NCBI GenBank assembly: GCA_039810425.1
Contig: JBDHWW010000009.1
Location: 19,446-83,445, forward strand
Source of the DNA: Pseudobdellovibrionaceae bacterium
Lineage (GTDB): Bacteria; Bdellovibrionota; Bdellovibrionia; Bdellovibrionales; Bdellovibrionaceae
Direction of reading: 5' to 3'
DNA: 64,000 nt
Shown: piece by piece, positions 10,090 to 20,047 of the stretch
Layout: each line of letters begins with the position of its first letter
Position numbering within the stretch: the first letter of the stretch is position 1
Position numbers and translations under genes: made by a program
The notes under the pieces: model-generated
Seen by the model: the letters and a program-made list of their open reading frames with translations, nothing else
What the model was told of the DNA's origin: nothing
Database searches by the model: none

Positions 10090-12472
10090 TTTAAAACCTG
10101 TTTCTTCTTATACGGCCTCCGAAGTTTCGGGGGCCGAAAAGTTTTCGCCGGCGCTTTCCCACTACGCCGGATTCAGTTTTTCCCCGGAACAAAGCCGTCA
10201 TCAGCAGCGAACCTCCTTATGGATGGCCGCCGCTCTTGCCACGATCCTTGAGACGGCTGGCTCCAAATCCGTTTGTCTTGCCTGGAGCCAGTTTGCGAAT
10301 AAGCTTCTGCAAGACGTCTTTACGGAGTGCTTCGGCCAAAGCGCCGTCGCGCTTTTTGCGTTAGGTAAGCTTGGTTCGCAGGAGCTGAATTTAAGTTCAG
10401 ACGTGGATTTGATGATCATCGCGCGGGAAGCCGATACTCAGCACTTAAAATCTCTCCGCCTTTTTCAAAAGATACTGACTGAAAAAACTTCCCGCGGATT
10501 TCTTTTCCGTGTCGACTTTGATCTTCGACCCGGTGGGCGCCAGGGCCCGCTGATTCCTACTCTGGAGCAACTGGTGGATTACTACGGAAACTACGGCGAA
10601 ACTTGGGAGCGTCTCGCGTTTGTGCGTCTCGTGGGGGTCGCAGGAGACCCGGAAGTGATTTCACAGGTCTCCGCTTTTGCGAAAAAATTCACTTACCGCA
10701 AACACCTCGATTATACGCTGTTAGAAGATCTAAAATCCATGCGTGCTAAGATCCGCCAGCACTATTCTCCGAATTCGACAGACTCCGTTTGGGATCTCAA
10801 ACTCGGTGTCGGTGGCATTCGCGATGTGGAGCTTTTCGTCCATGCGATGCAAGTCATTCATGGCGGTAAAAATCCAAATCTGCAAGTGGCCTCAACAGAT
10901 CAAGCGCTGACTTTGCTGGAAGAAACTAAAATTTTCCCTGCAGTTGATGCCCAGTTCTTAAAGAACCATTATTGGCGACTTCGCCAGCTGGAAAACTTCG
11001 TTCAAGCTCAGGGCGATGAACAGACTCACCTGCTGGAAAAGCGCACATCGTTGCCAAGTTGGGGCGCGGCCATCACGGCGAATCTAGAACGAGATTTCGC
11101 CCGCTGTGACCAGATCGTCAGCACGCTCCTAGGTAAAGCCTCGGACAAATTGACAACCGTGACCATGCAAACCACCCCGTCGCAAGAAGTCTGGCGGGAA
11201 ATTTTGCAGATCGAAGCCCTTTCACGCCACAAAGAACGTGATGAGCAGGCCCGCTTGCAATTTCTCAACGAATTCTATGAGACCCTCGAGAAACAAAAAG
11301 GCGATACAGACAGAGCTCTTCAGCATCTGAAAGAATTCATTAAATCAACCCGTGCAAAAGCCAGCTTCTTTACTTTGCTGGTGCGTAATAAGAATTTGAT
11401 GGATGAACTTGCTTGGCTTTTTGGCCACTCGCCTTACCTTTCACAGATTCTGAGCTCCCGTCCAGAGCTCATTGACAGCTATGTCTATCGTTCTCAGGAA
11501 CTGCAGACGGATGACTTGTCCGTTTTGCTTGAGCAACTCGTCGAAAAACGCCTGCTGGGTGAGCTGATCAACGGCTCTCACTATTTAGAAGATAAAAATA
11601 TCGAGGAACTCCAAGCAAATGTCAGTGCGACGGCCGATGAGATCACGACAACCCTCCTTGAAGAGCTGAAAAAAGAGTTCCCTTCAAAAATCGAAATTCT
11701 CTGCCTCGGCAAATGGGGCGGAAAAGAACTGGGCTTCCGCTCAGACCTGGATTTCATCTTTGTAACTCCCAATGATCCTACTGAAACCGATGGTAAGATC
11801 GCACGCCGTTTTATCAACCGCCTCACCGAAACTCGAAAGGGCGGCAGCATCTATGCGATTGATACCCGCTTGAAGCCTTCAGGCAAAGCCGGGCCGTTTG
11901 TTATTTCAGAACAACAGCTTTTAGAATATCTCAATAACGAAGCCCAACCTTGGGAACGCCAAGCTTATTTGAAAGCGCGTTGGCTGAATCCGCACAAAGA
12001 AAGCCTTCAATCGAAACTCCAGAAAAAGCCACTCACCGAGGGGGATTTACAAGAGCTCGAAAAAGTCCGTCAAGGACTCGCACGGTTTGCCCCCAACTCC
12101 ATCGATTTGAAATATGCCGAAGGCGGAATGCTGGATATTGAGCTCTTTTCGCAAGCGGAAGTGCTGAGTAAATTGATCTCTCTCAACGGTCCGAGCACGA
12201 TGAGTTTCCTCTCTGAAATTTCTGGTTCTCAGCCCTTGCAACGTCATTACCTACGGCTGCGTCAAATAGAACAAATGCTACAACTCGTGTCGACGGAGGG
12301 CGGCGCAAAAGTGCAAATAAATCATGAATCATTTCAGCAGCTTGCTAAGGCGCTCCAAGTAACTCCGCAAGCGCTTGAAAACGAACTAAGTTTACTAATC
12401 TCTGAGAATTTACAAGTACTTAATCGGCTTGACCCCCGTAGACGGTCAAAGATACTAAATCCTAGCTCATAA
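10043..12472 (+). CDS. glnE: Glutamine synthetase adenylyltransferase GlnE
   Basis: Two nucleotidyltransferase motifs ([32 protein letters not shown]), [23 protein letters not shown]. The true start is probably downstream of 10043, for example TTG 10082. Confidence 0.9.
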   Translation: MMRTITNQSGLITLNSLKPVSSYTASEVSGAEKFSPALSHYAGFSFSPEQSRHQQRTSLWMAAALATILETAGSKSVCLAWSQFANKLLQDVFTECFGQSAVALFALGKLGSQELNLSSDVDLMIIAREADTQHLKSLRLFQKILTEKTSRGFLFRVDFDLRPGGRQGPLIPTLEQLVDYYGNYGETWERLAFVRLVGVAGDPEVISQVSAFAKKFTYRKHLDYTLLEDLKSMRAKIRQHYSPNSTDSVWDLKLGVGGIRDVELFVHAMQVIHGGKNPNLQVASTDQALTLLEETKIFPAVDAQFLKNHYWRLRQLENFVQAQGDEQTHLLEKRTSLPSWGAAITANLERDFARCDQIVSTLLGKASDKLTTVTMQTTPSQEVWREILQIEALSRHKERDEQARLQFLNEFYETLEKQKGDTDRALQHLKEFIKSTRAKASFFTLLVRNKNLMDELAWLFGHSPYLSQILSSRPELIDSYVYRSQELQTDDLSVLLEQLVEKRLLGELINGSHYLEDKNIEELQANVSATADEITTTLLEELKKEFPSKIEILCLGKWGGKELGFRSDLDFIFVTPNDPTETDGKIARRFINRLTETRKGGSIYAIDTRLKPSGKAGPFVISEQQLLEYLNNEAQPWERQAYLKARWLNPHKESLQSKLQKKPLTEGDLQELEKVRQGLARFAPNSIDLKYAEGGMLDIELFSQAEVLSKLISLNGPSTMSFLSEISGSQPLQRHYLRLRQIEQMLQLVSTEGGAKVQINHESFQQLAKALQVTPQALENELSLLISENLQVLNRLDPRRRSKILNPSS

Positions 12473-12494
12473 GCATTTTTATGAAGGAGTTTGT

Positions 12495-13223
12495 GTGATT
12501 AATCGCATTCATCTTAAGAAGATTTTGTGGATCTACGTTTTGGCCTTTATCTTAACGGCCTTCAGTTTCCACTCAAAAGCAGAAGAGAAGGCAGCAGCCC
12601 CAACGGATACTAAAAAAGTAATAGAAGCAGAAGGCAAAGACAGTAAAGAGACTTCAAAAGCGAAGAAAAAAGATAAGCAGTCCAAAGTGACGGAAAAAGA
12701 CGAAAAAAAAGGAAAAGACATGATCGCAGTATTCGAAACTAACAAAGGCACATTCACAGTTAAGCTTTTCGCTGATAAGGCTCCAAAAACAGTTGAGAAC
12801 TTCGTAGGCCTTGCTAAAGGCACTAAAGAGTGGACTGATCCTAAAACTGGCAACAAAGTTAAAAAGCCATTCTACGATGGTTTGAAATTCCACCGCGTAA
12901 TCCCTAACTTCATGATCCAAGGTGGCGACCCACTTGGAACTGGCACGGGCGGCCCAGGCTTCCGTTTCGAAGATGAGTTCCCCGCGGACGCTCCAAAGCA
13001 CACAAAACCAGGCATCCTTTCTATGGCAAATGCCGGCCCCAACACAAACGGTTCCCAGTTCTTCGTCACGGTGGCCGCAACCCCTTGGTTGGATGGCAAA
13101 CACACCGTATTCGGTGAAGTGATCGAAGGTATGGATGTTGTCGACAGCATTTCGAAAGCTCCAACTGGAGCAATGGATCGCCCCGTTGAAGACATCACAA
13201 TCAAACACCTAACTATAAAATAG
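12495..13223 (+). CDS. Cyclophilin-type peptidyl-prolyl isomerase with signal peptide and Lys-rich linker
   Basis: [49 protein letters not shown] before the GTG. Confidence 0.95.
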   Translation: MINRIHLKKILWIYVLAFILTAFSFHSKAEEKAAAPTDTKKVIEAEGKDSKETSKAKKKDKQSKVTEKDEKKGKDMIAVFETNKGTFTVKLFADKAPKTVENFVGLAKGTKEWTDPKTGNKVKKPFYDGLKFHRVIPNFMIQGGDPLGTGTGGPGFRFEDEFPADAPKHTKPGILSMANAGPNTNGSQFFVTVAATPWLDGKHTVFGEVIEGMDVVDSISKAPTGAMDRPVEDITIKHLTIK

Positions 13224-13250
13224 AGGGTACGCCGTACCTTTTTCAGATGC
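13221..13250 (+). repeat. 30-bp REP-like element, copy 1 (GGTAC-GCC-GTACC hairpin plus T run)
   Basis: TAGAGGGTACGCCGTACCTTTTTCAGATGC; 28/30 identical to the reverse complement of 58458-58487. Confidence 0.8.
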
Positions 13251-13314
13251 ACCCCGTTGTTTCGGGTGCATCTGCCGGGAAGAGAGCCAACCTCCGGACA
13301 AAAGCCGCGACTTT

Positions 13315-14112
13315 TTACGGCAACTCGTTTAAAGAAACTTGCGCTTTCTTGATACTTTCATCGGTTTCACGCCAGTCCCTTCTGAGGTCGCTCAGCCTTG
13401 AACGGATGTCGTCCATTTTTGACCAAAGGGCGGTGCGGCGACTACGAATGTAAAAGGCTTCTTCACAGACGGTCTTGAACTCGTTCTGCTTGCTGGATTC
13501 ATTGTAAACACTTTGTGAGTGGCACTGCTGAGCATTTGAAGGCAGCGTCGAATACTCGCTTTGAAGGTTGCTTTCGGTCTGAGCGTAGCTTGCTTCTAAA
13601 ACCCTAATTTTCACAAGGCTAGCGCCTTGTTCTGTAATATAAGAAGTGAGATATTCTCTGCGTCCTTGATAGAAGCCTGGTAAGAAGACCTTTTCCTGCT
13701 CTGGAGAGCAGAGATTTTGATAGATCTTTCCCGCTTTACCAAAAGCATATCCTTTTTCTTTCGTACAGTAGGTCAGGAGGCCCTTTTGATAGAGGCTTTT
13801 CATCTGATTCATCTCAAGCCCATCGCAGAATTTAAAGAACACCGGGACGCCTTCTTTGGCCCGGCTATATATTTCGTCATACTGACACATTTTTTCGCGG
13901 CCCTGCTTGAACCCTAGATCCAATTGCACTGCGCTTGTTAAATCGAGCTTTTTACAGGCCTTCACGAATCCGTCTTCTTCGAGATATTTTCCATCGAAAG
14001 CCACTTGCTGAGAGTAATTAAACCAGTTGGTTTTTTCACACCGATCTTTAAGCTCCCAGTTTGAACAACCCACCGTTAACAGAACTAAGAACCCGCCTAA
14101 AATATGTCTCAT
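13315..14112 (-). CDS. Lipoprotein with DUF2799-like Cys-containing repeats and C-terminal coiled coil
   Basis: Lipobox LTVGC; C...W...G..DG and YC....GY..G..G..Y...C patterns. Confidence 0.7.
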   Translation of the reverse strand: MRHILGGFLVLLTVGCSNWELKDRCEKTNWFNYSQQVAFDGKYLEEDGFVKACKKLDLTSAVQLDLGFKQGREKMCQYDEIYSRAKEGVPVFFKFCDGLEMNQMKSLYQKGLLTYCTKEKGYAFGKAGKIYQNLCSPEQEKVFLPGFYQGRREYLTSYITEQGASLVKIRVLEASYAQTESNLQSEYSTLPSNAQQCHSQSVYNESSKQNEFKTVCEEAFYIRSRRTALWSKMDDIRSRLSDLRRDWRETDESIKKAQVSLNELP

Positions 14113-14178
14113 AATGAAATTCTACTACTACAAATCAGAATGTCACACATCTAACAAGGGACGAACAAATTAGGGCCA

Positions 14179-14230
14179 AGTCCCACTTTGAGACATCTCT
14201 AATCGAATCTAACCAGGCATCGGCTTTGCT
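14179..14230 (+). promoter_or_regulatory. sigma54 (-24/-12) promoter plus upstream palindromic site
   Basis: AGGCATC-GGCT-TTGCT at 14215-14230 (GG-N10-GC); AGTCCCA-CTT-TGAGACA at 14179-14195. Confidence 0.6.
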
Positions 14231-14271
14231 TGATACCTTTGTAGGCATCCATATGTGTTTTAGGAGATCCT

Positions 14272-17085
14272 ATGAGCTGGTCCAAAATCATTGCTATTTA
14301 CTTTGTAATAGCCCAAATGGTCTTGGCGCCTGCTATTTCTCGTGCGGTCACTCCGGGTCTTGAAATTGAAGACGGCAAACTGACCCAAGAGGGTCAGAAA
14401 AGTGCCGCTGCATTTTCTAAATACGCAGCAAAGATGAACTACGAATCTCGTTTGGATCTTAAAAATAATAGAATGTACTTCGTGGACCAAGAAACTAAAA
14501 AAGTCGTCGGTGAAGTCGCTCTTCGTGACCAAAAATCCTTGATGGAATATTCGCCGAGGATGCTGAACTCTAAATTTCGTTCAGCCATAGCACTCTTGAA
14601 AACTGCTAGTAAAGAATCCACCATGCACGCCATGAAGTCATTTCCGGTGGAGTCTGCCGCTTTCTTTCTTGCTTTGGGTGGCATGACAGCTATTCAGCTT
14701 TTGACCAACTATGCTGATAACCCGGTAGGAATGAAACAACATATTGAGCACAGCCTTTCTCCCGTAGGTCAATTGGGTTTCTTCATGTTTATGTATTCAC
14801 AAGGTGTTACTGGGAATGTCTTAAATATGTGGTTGAAGCGTCCAGCACTCGGTATACCGATTGGTATGCTTGGCATGACTGTCGGTATGGCGGTTCAAGG
14901 CTATTTCAGCCAAGTGGTTAACGATCCGCACATTCGCGCATGTACAGCTGCTATATTTAAAGGTGAAAAGGCTGAGGGCCTCGATAGTCCTTGCGATAGC
15001 GCTTACAAGTACCTCGTGGTAGATAAGAAAATCCTTGAAGGGCCGGGTATCGCTTCGCTTTTGGGTTCATTCTTGGTGGTCACTGGCACGCGTTTGTTAG
15101 CTGGTGCCATGCTAAAAGCTGTCGGTATCGAGTTGACGACATTGCTTATGCCTGGCGGTCTTGAGGTGAAAGGCGTACGCTGGTTGGTTGCGCTCGCCTC
15201 TAGCGGCGTAAGTGCGGCTGCCTTCACCGTTGTTCAAATGAAATTGGAACACTACATTTCTTATGCTTGGAAAAACTATTTCGACGGAAAAGAGTTTGTC
15301 GGCATCAACGATAGCCTCGTCGCGGGTATCGAGGCACAAAAGAAATCTCAATGGTCTGGCAAAACCGACGAGCTCAATCAAGATCTCAGGGACTTCTCTA
15401 AAAAGATGGGCGCTTGGCGTATAAACAATCTTTCAGAAGCGTACATGGCACACCAAGCTTGGGCTGACTTCTTAGGAGAGCTGACTTCGAACTATACTGC
15501 TTCTTTCAACTTCTACGATGTTTATGTCAAAGAACTTCTATCTCCAAAAGATTCTGGTATTGACCGTCTCTATCCGCTTTATGGCGTAAAACCTAAGAAC
15601 CTGGCAGACGGAAACGAAAACAACTATTTTACTCGCCCCGAGCGCATTGAAATGATGCAAATTGAAACCGCGAAAGATGTTGGCGCCTTCATCGCCGAGA
15701 ACTTGCAAAATGGCCGCTATAAACAATTAGGCCTTGTAAAATATCAAACAGATATCATGACTAAGATTCAAAACGGTCTTATTTCAGGTGACGCCCCCAC
15801 TCAAGGCAAAGCGATTCTCGAGCTGAATAGTGCCCGCCGAAAATATTTCCAAGCAGGTGTAGGCTCCATGGATTGGGAATTCAGTCGCGAACTCTATAGA
15901 GTGGCGTCAATGCTGGGTGAACCCAATCCCATGTTTGAAAAGGGGCGCGGCTTTGCAGCAACGATGATGATGTCTCCCGGCATGATGGAGCCCTATAAAA
16001 ACGTGCAGTTGGAAAAATACAATGGCTTCTTTAAAACGCCAACGGTTGCTGACTACTTCATTGTACAAATGATGTGCGGTCCAGACGTCACGAGAAATGA
16101 AAAAACGATCAGTATTTTTAAAGGCTTTCCTGCGAAGTTTAGTGCACCAACAATCACTTTGGAAGACGCCGCCAAAGACAGACTCTGCCATGGTGCCACT
16201 GCCAACGCAATTGGCGCCGAGCGCTTGTACAACTTGCCTGTGGGTACCTACAAAACGGCTCCTGACTTTTTACGCGGAAATATCAATCCAGAAGTTAGCA
16301 AGGACTTTGACAAGTGGTGGGAAGATCATACTGAAGCTGAGATGAAAGCGGCTTTTCAACGCTTCGGTCAAGATTACAAAGGCATCATCGCTAAACTCTA
16401 TAAAGGTTTGAATGAAACTAAGAATAGCTCGTGGAACCATGGTTTGATTTCAAACGGTGCGATGCTTGCGGCCTTCCAAGAAGCACGCATGTACTCGCTC
16501 GTATTAGGTGAAATTTTGAAAGACACTTATAAGGCGACCAATAAAAAAGATTTGCCTCAGCAGTACTTCTCTCCAGAATTAGATCCTGATACAACTGTCA
16601 CTGTTGCTTCGTATAATATGAGTAAAAAGCCCGTGCTAGCTTACCTTGCGTATGCGCCTCGCTTCGATTTCACTACGCTGACAAGCAGAAATCCAAATGC
16701 AAACGTTCGTAGTTTGAAAATTCAAAAGGAACTCGACAGTCAGTTCGCTCTGATGAATATCCTCATTCAAAAAGCAAGAACTCAATACGTTAAAACTGCA
16801 GAGTACCAGAATCGACTGAATGAGATTGAAAGTACATTGACAGAGTTCAGTGATCTTCTGGGAATTAAAAAATCTCAAAAGGCCGAAGCTGGCTTCTCAA
16901 TGCCTGCGGTTCCAGGTTCTGAGACTGCGACTGAGCCTTCGAATTCACTTGTGACGTTGAAGGACGACCAGAGGACGCTGGCCGTTACTTGTCTAGAACT
17001 TCTACAGTCACTGAGCCAAGAGCTGGTGATGTACGGAAAAATGGCGGGAACTGCGACCTATCCGGAACTAAAAAAATTGGAATAG
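14272..17085 (+). CDS. Large hypothetical secreted/membrane protein (937 aa)
   Basis: Long ORF with SD AGGAG, signal-like N-terminus and several Gly-rich hydrophobic helices in residues about 125-325; no family recognised. Confidence 0.85.
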   Translation: MSWSKIIAIYFVIAQMVLAPAISRAVTPGLEIEDGKLTQEGQKSAAAFSKYAAKMNYESRLDLKNNRMYFVDQETKKVVGEVALRDQKSLMEYSPRMLNSKFRSAIALLKTASKESTMHAMKSFPVESAAFFLALGGMTAIQLLTNYADNPVGMKQHIEHSLSPVGQLGFFMFMYSQGVTGNVLNMWLKRPALGIPIGMLGMTVGMAVQGYFSQVVNDPHIRACTAAIFKGEKAEGLDSPCDSAYKYLVVDKKILEGPGIASLLGSFLVVTGTRLLAGAMLKAVGIELTTLLMPGGLEVKGVRWLVALASSGVSAAAFTVVQMKLEHYISYAWKNYFDGKEFVGINDSLVAGIEAQKKSQWSGKTDELNQDLRDFSKKMGAWRINNLSEAYMAHQAWADFLGELTSNYTASFNFYDVYVKELLSPKDSGIDRLYPLYGVKPKNLADGNENNYFTRPERIEMMQIETAKDVGAFIAENLQNGRYKQLGLVKYQTDIMTKIQNGLISGDAPTQGKAILELNSARRKYFQAGVGSMDWEFSRELYRVASMLGEPNPMFEKGRGFAATMMMSPGMMEPYKNVQLEKYNGFFKTPTVADYFIVQMMCGPDVTRNEKTISIFKGFPAKFSAPTITLEDAAKDRLCHGATANAIGAERLYNLPVGTYKTAPDFLRGNINPEVSKDFDKWWEDHTEAEMKAAFQRFGQDYKGIIAKLYKGLNETKNSSWNHGLISNGAMLAAFQEARMYSLVLGEILKDTYKATNKKDLPQQYFSPELDPDTTVTVASYNMSKKPVLAYLAYAPRFDFTTLTSRNPNANVRSLKIQKELDSQFALMNILIQKARTQYVKTAEYQNRLNEIESTLTEFSDLLGIKKSQKAEAGFSMPAVPGSETATEPSNSLVTLKDDQRTLAVTCLELLQSLSQELVMYGKMAGTATYPELKKLE

Positions 17086-17141
17086 ATCTTGAAACAACTA
17101 TTAATTGTTAAACTGAACGCCCAGTGTGATGGAGTTTTAAA

Positions 17142-17858
17142 ATGAAAAAGAAACATATCATAGGAATGATGATCGTGGCTTCGATGCTTTCTTTCAACGC
17201 TTTCGCGGGCATGACCGTCGTGAAAAACGTAAAAGAGGTTATCGTTGAATACATGAAAAAAATGGATGACTTCAAAGCCGCAGTAAAAAATGGAAAAATT
17301 AAGGCTTCTAGCCTGGAAACTGCTGACGCTCTGAAAGAGCAAGATAAAGTCATGGATAACCTCGGCCTCACTAACAAAGACAAAAATACTCTTAGAACTT
17401 ACATTTCTTCTGGCAACGTTCTGAAGGTAGATGTTATCGGTACATTAAACGTGTTGTGGGCGGCTAAAAAAGGAACTGTAGGTAAGACAGATGCTGAGGC
17501 AGTTTCGATCAGTAGCTTCGTAGACTCCGCGATAAAATTTCTTACTAACGTGGATTTGATCGGTGAAAAGAAAAGCTCCACTAAGTTGTCTGAAGCCGAG
17601 TTCAAAGAGACGGCCGAGGCTTTAAATAAATTAGTCACAATACTTGATAATCCATTGTCCTACGAAATTAAGGAAAGAGACAACTACACCGCTATGTTAA
17701 ACAAGTTGAGTGAAAATGCGCTTACTGCCGAGTCAATCAACTTAGCTTTGGTTGAGGCTGTCATGGCTACGGCTAAGGGCCCTGACGGCAAGGTGGGCGT
17801 TTCAAAAGAAAAAGCGATGGAAATCATTCGCAACATCATCAACTGTCTTAGCCGTTAG
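17142..17858 (+). CDS. Hypothetical secreted alpha-helical protein
   Basis: SD GGAG; signal peptide ending AFA; no family recognised. Confidence 0.85.
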   Translation: MKKKHIIGMMIVASMLSFNAFAGMTVVKNVKEVIVEYMKKMDDFKAAVKNGKIKASSLETADALKEQDKVMDNLGLTNKDKNTLRTYISSGNVLKVDVIGTLNVLWAAKKGTVGKTDAEAVSISSFVDSAIKFLTNVDLIGEKKSSTKLSEAEFKETAEALNKLVTILDNPLSYEIKERDNYTAMLNKLSENALTAESINLALVEAVMATAKGPDGKVGVSKEKAMEIIRNIINCLSR

Positions 17859-17863
17859 TAAAA

Positions 17864-17888
17864 AAAAGCCCTCCGAAAGAGGGCTTTT
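17864..17888. terminator. Bidirectional intrinsic terminator
   Basis: AAAAGCCCTC-CGAAA-GAGGGCTTTT between convergent genes. Confidence 0.85.
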
Positions 17889-17895
17889 ATATTTT

Positions 17896-19215
17896 CTAGC
17901 TATGCCATTTCACACTGCGCTTTTCTTTAATGAAGATTGCTCCGATGAGGGCCGTGATGAGCGCTACACAGATCGGATAAATCAATCCTGCAAAGTGGTT
18001 TCCGGTTGAAGCCACAATCGCTGTTCCGATGAACGGAACCAACCCCCCGAAGACACCGTTGCCAATATGGTAAGGCAAAGACATCGACGTATAGCGAATA
18101 TGTGTCGGGAAAAGTTCGACCAGAAACGCCGCAATGGGGCCGTACACCATCGTTACGTAAATCACTTGAATAAACACTAATACTGTTAACATTGTGGTCT
18201 CTGGCCCGTCCGATAAGGTCGCATAGTGTTCCATCCCCTGATAGATCGGAATGTATGTCAAGGCCGCGATCACCATCCCTGTAAGCATAATTTTCTTTCT
18301 GCCGATTTTATCGGATAGCCAGCCAAAAAGAATAAAGAACGGCGTTCCGAAGAGCAAGGCGATCGCAATAATTTTATTTGCTAGAACGAAGTCCACTTTG
18401 AGAACCGTTTGCAAGAAATAAAGCGCATAGAACTGACCTGTATACCAAACCACCCCTTGGCCCGCCGTCGCACCAAAGAGTGCCAATATAACCAGGTTTC
18501 TATTCTCGGGAACCAAGAAGCTATCGCGCAGGGGGCTTTTTGAGACCTTCCCGCTGGATTTCATTTCCAAGAAAACCGGAGACTCCGACATACGACGGCG
18601 AATCAAATAGGAAAAAATCACAAGGACAATAGACAACAGAAAAGGCATCCTCCATCCCCAGTCTTTAAATGTATCTTCTCCGAGTCCCAGACGAGTCGCC
18701 AGAATCACACCGAGGGATACAAACAAACCCAATGTCGCGGTTGTTTGAATATAGCTCGTGTAGTAGCCGCGCTTTCCATCAGGACTATGTTCAGCAACGT
18801 AGGTAGCGGCGCCACCGTACTCTCCCCCCAAAGCAAGACCTTGCAGCAAGCGAAGTAACAAAAGGCAGATCGGTGCGAACAAGCCAATCTGCTCATAGTT
18901 TGGCAAAAGACCGATTGCTGTTGTTGAAAGGCCCATAATGATCAGGGTCACCATGAAGGCATACTTTCTGCCGACGACGTCGCCAACACGGCCAAAGACC
19001 AAGGCCCCGAACGGGCGCACGATAAATCCCGTCGCGAAGGTCGCAAGAGTGCTTAGAAGTGCAACCGTTGGATTGTCCTTAGGAAAAAAATGGGCGGCAA
19101 TAATCGTCGCGAGTGAGCCGAAGATATAGAAGTCATACCACTCAATCAGAGTGCCCGCACTGGAGGCGGCGATGACCTTCCAAATATTTGTTACCTCTTT
19201 GCTTTTCATAAACAT
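17896..19215 (-). CDS. MFS transporter, metabolite:H+ symporter (MHS) family
   Basis: GTLIEWYDF, RPFGALVFGRVGDVVGRK, GLALGGEYGGA, WGWR.PFL. Confidence 0.92.
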   Translation of the reverse strand: MFMKSKEVTNIWKVIAASSAGTLIEWYDFYIFGSLATIIAAHFFPKDNPTVALLSTLATFATGFIVRPFGALVFGRVGDVVGRKYAFMVTLIIMGLSTTAIGLLPNYEQIGLFAPICLLLLRLLQGLALGGEYGGAATYVAEHSPDGKRGYYTSYIQTTATLGLFVSLGVILATRLGLGEDTFKDWGWRMPFLLSIVLVIFSYLIRRRMSESPVFLEMKSSGKVSKSPLRDSFLVPENRNLVILALFGATAGQGVVWYTGQFYALYFLQTVLKVDFVLANKIIAIALLFGTPFFILFGWLSDKIGRKKIMLTGMVIAALTYIPIYQGMEHYATLSDGPETTMLTVLVFIQVIYVTMVYGPIAAFLVELFPTHIRYTSMSLPYHIGNGVFGGLVPFIGTAIVASTGNHFAGLIYPICVALITALIGAIFIKEKRSVKWHS

Positions 19216-19294
19216 CCCTCCATAAGATTTTTATAGAGTGAACGCTCAAATCCGTCAGTGACGGCCGCAAGAAGATTTGATGAAAAAATAGGCT

Positions 19295-20041
19295 CTATTT
19301 AGGTTCGTCCGTCACAATGAGAACTTCGATGCGACGGTTCTCTGCTCGATGCTCGGGAGTATCATTAGGAACTAATGGCTTCTGATCCGCATATGAAATC
19401 GCGGCCAGCCGCTTCGGATCGATGTTTTGATACTTTATAAGATAGCGGACAACACTCGTCGCGCGAAGGCTGCCAAGCTCCCAGTTGCTGGCAAATTTAT
19501 CTGATTCGGCCGGCTGGTCATCGGTGTGACCTTCAATAATGATTTTTCTATCGGTTTCCTTAAGAAGCGCACCGAGTGTATTCAATGTTTCGAGAGCCGA
19601 TCGCTTCATTTTGAATTCGCCCTCAGGAAACATCGCTGAAGCTGCGAGAGAAACACGGACTCCCACAGCGTCATGACGGACCTCCAAGCCCAGCGCTTTT
19701 TGTGCATCGGCATTGATTTGCCTGCTTAGATATCTTGCTGTGTAGTCGGCGGCCTCGGCACTCTTGCCTTGTTTCGGAAAACCCTGTGACCCTTCGGTCC
19801 CTTGCAGATGTTCCGCAATAATTTCGCCAGCGTCAGGAACTTGGCCTGAGCGCTTATCCGCGCTGCCACCGCTTAACCGAAGGTTGAACCGGACGGAATT
19901 CTCAAATTCTTTCTGCTTGTCGACGTTATTTGTCGAAGTTGCGTACATAACCACAAAAAAAGCAAAAAGCAGAGTGATAAAGTCAGCATAAGAGACCAGC
20001 CATCTTTCATGATTTTCATGCTCTTCATGACGTCTCCTCAT
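19295..20041 (-). CDS. motB: Flagellar motor stator protein MotB
   Basis: WLVSYADFITLLFAFFVVMY and OmpA-like domain (IEGHTD, SNWELGSLRA, NRRIE). Confidence 0.93.
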   Translation of the reverse strand: MRRRHEEHENHERWLVSYADFITLLFAFFVVMYATSTNNVDKQKEFENSVRFNLRLSGGSADKRSGQVPDAGEIIAEHLQGTEGSQGFPKQGKSAEAADYTARYLSRQINADAQKALGLEVRHDAVGVRVSLAASAMFPEGEFKMKRSALETLNTLGALLKETDRKIIIEGHTDDQPAESDKFASNWELGSLRATSVVRYLIKYQNIDPKRLAAISYADQKPLVPNDTPEHRAENRRIEVLIVTDEPK

Positions 20042-20047
20042 CCTTCC

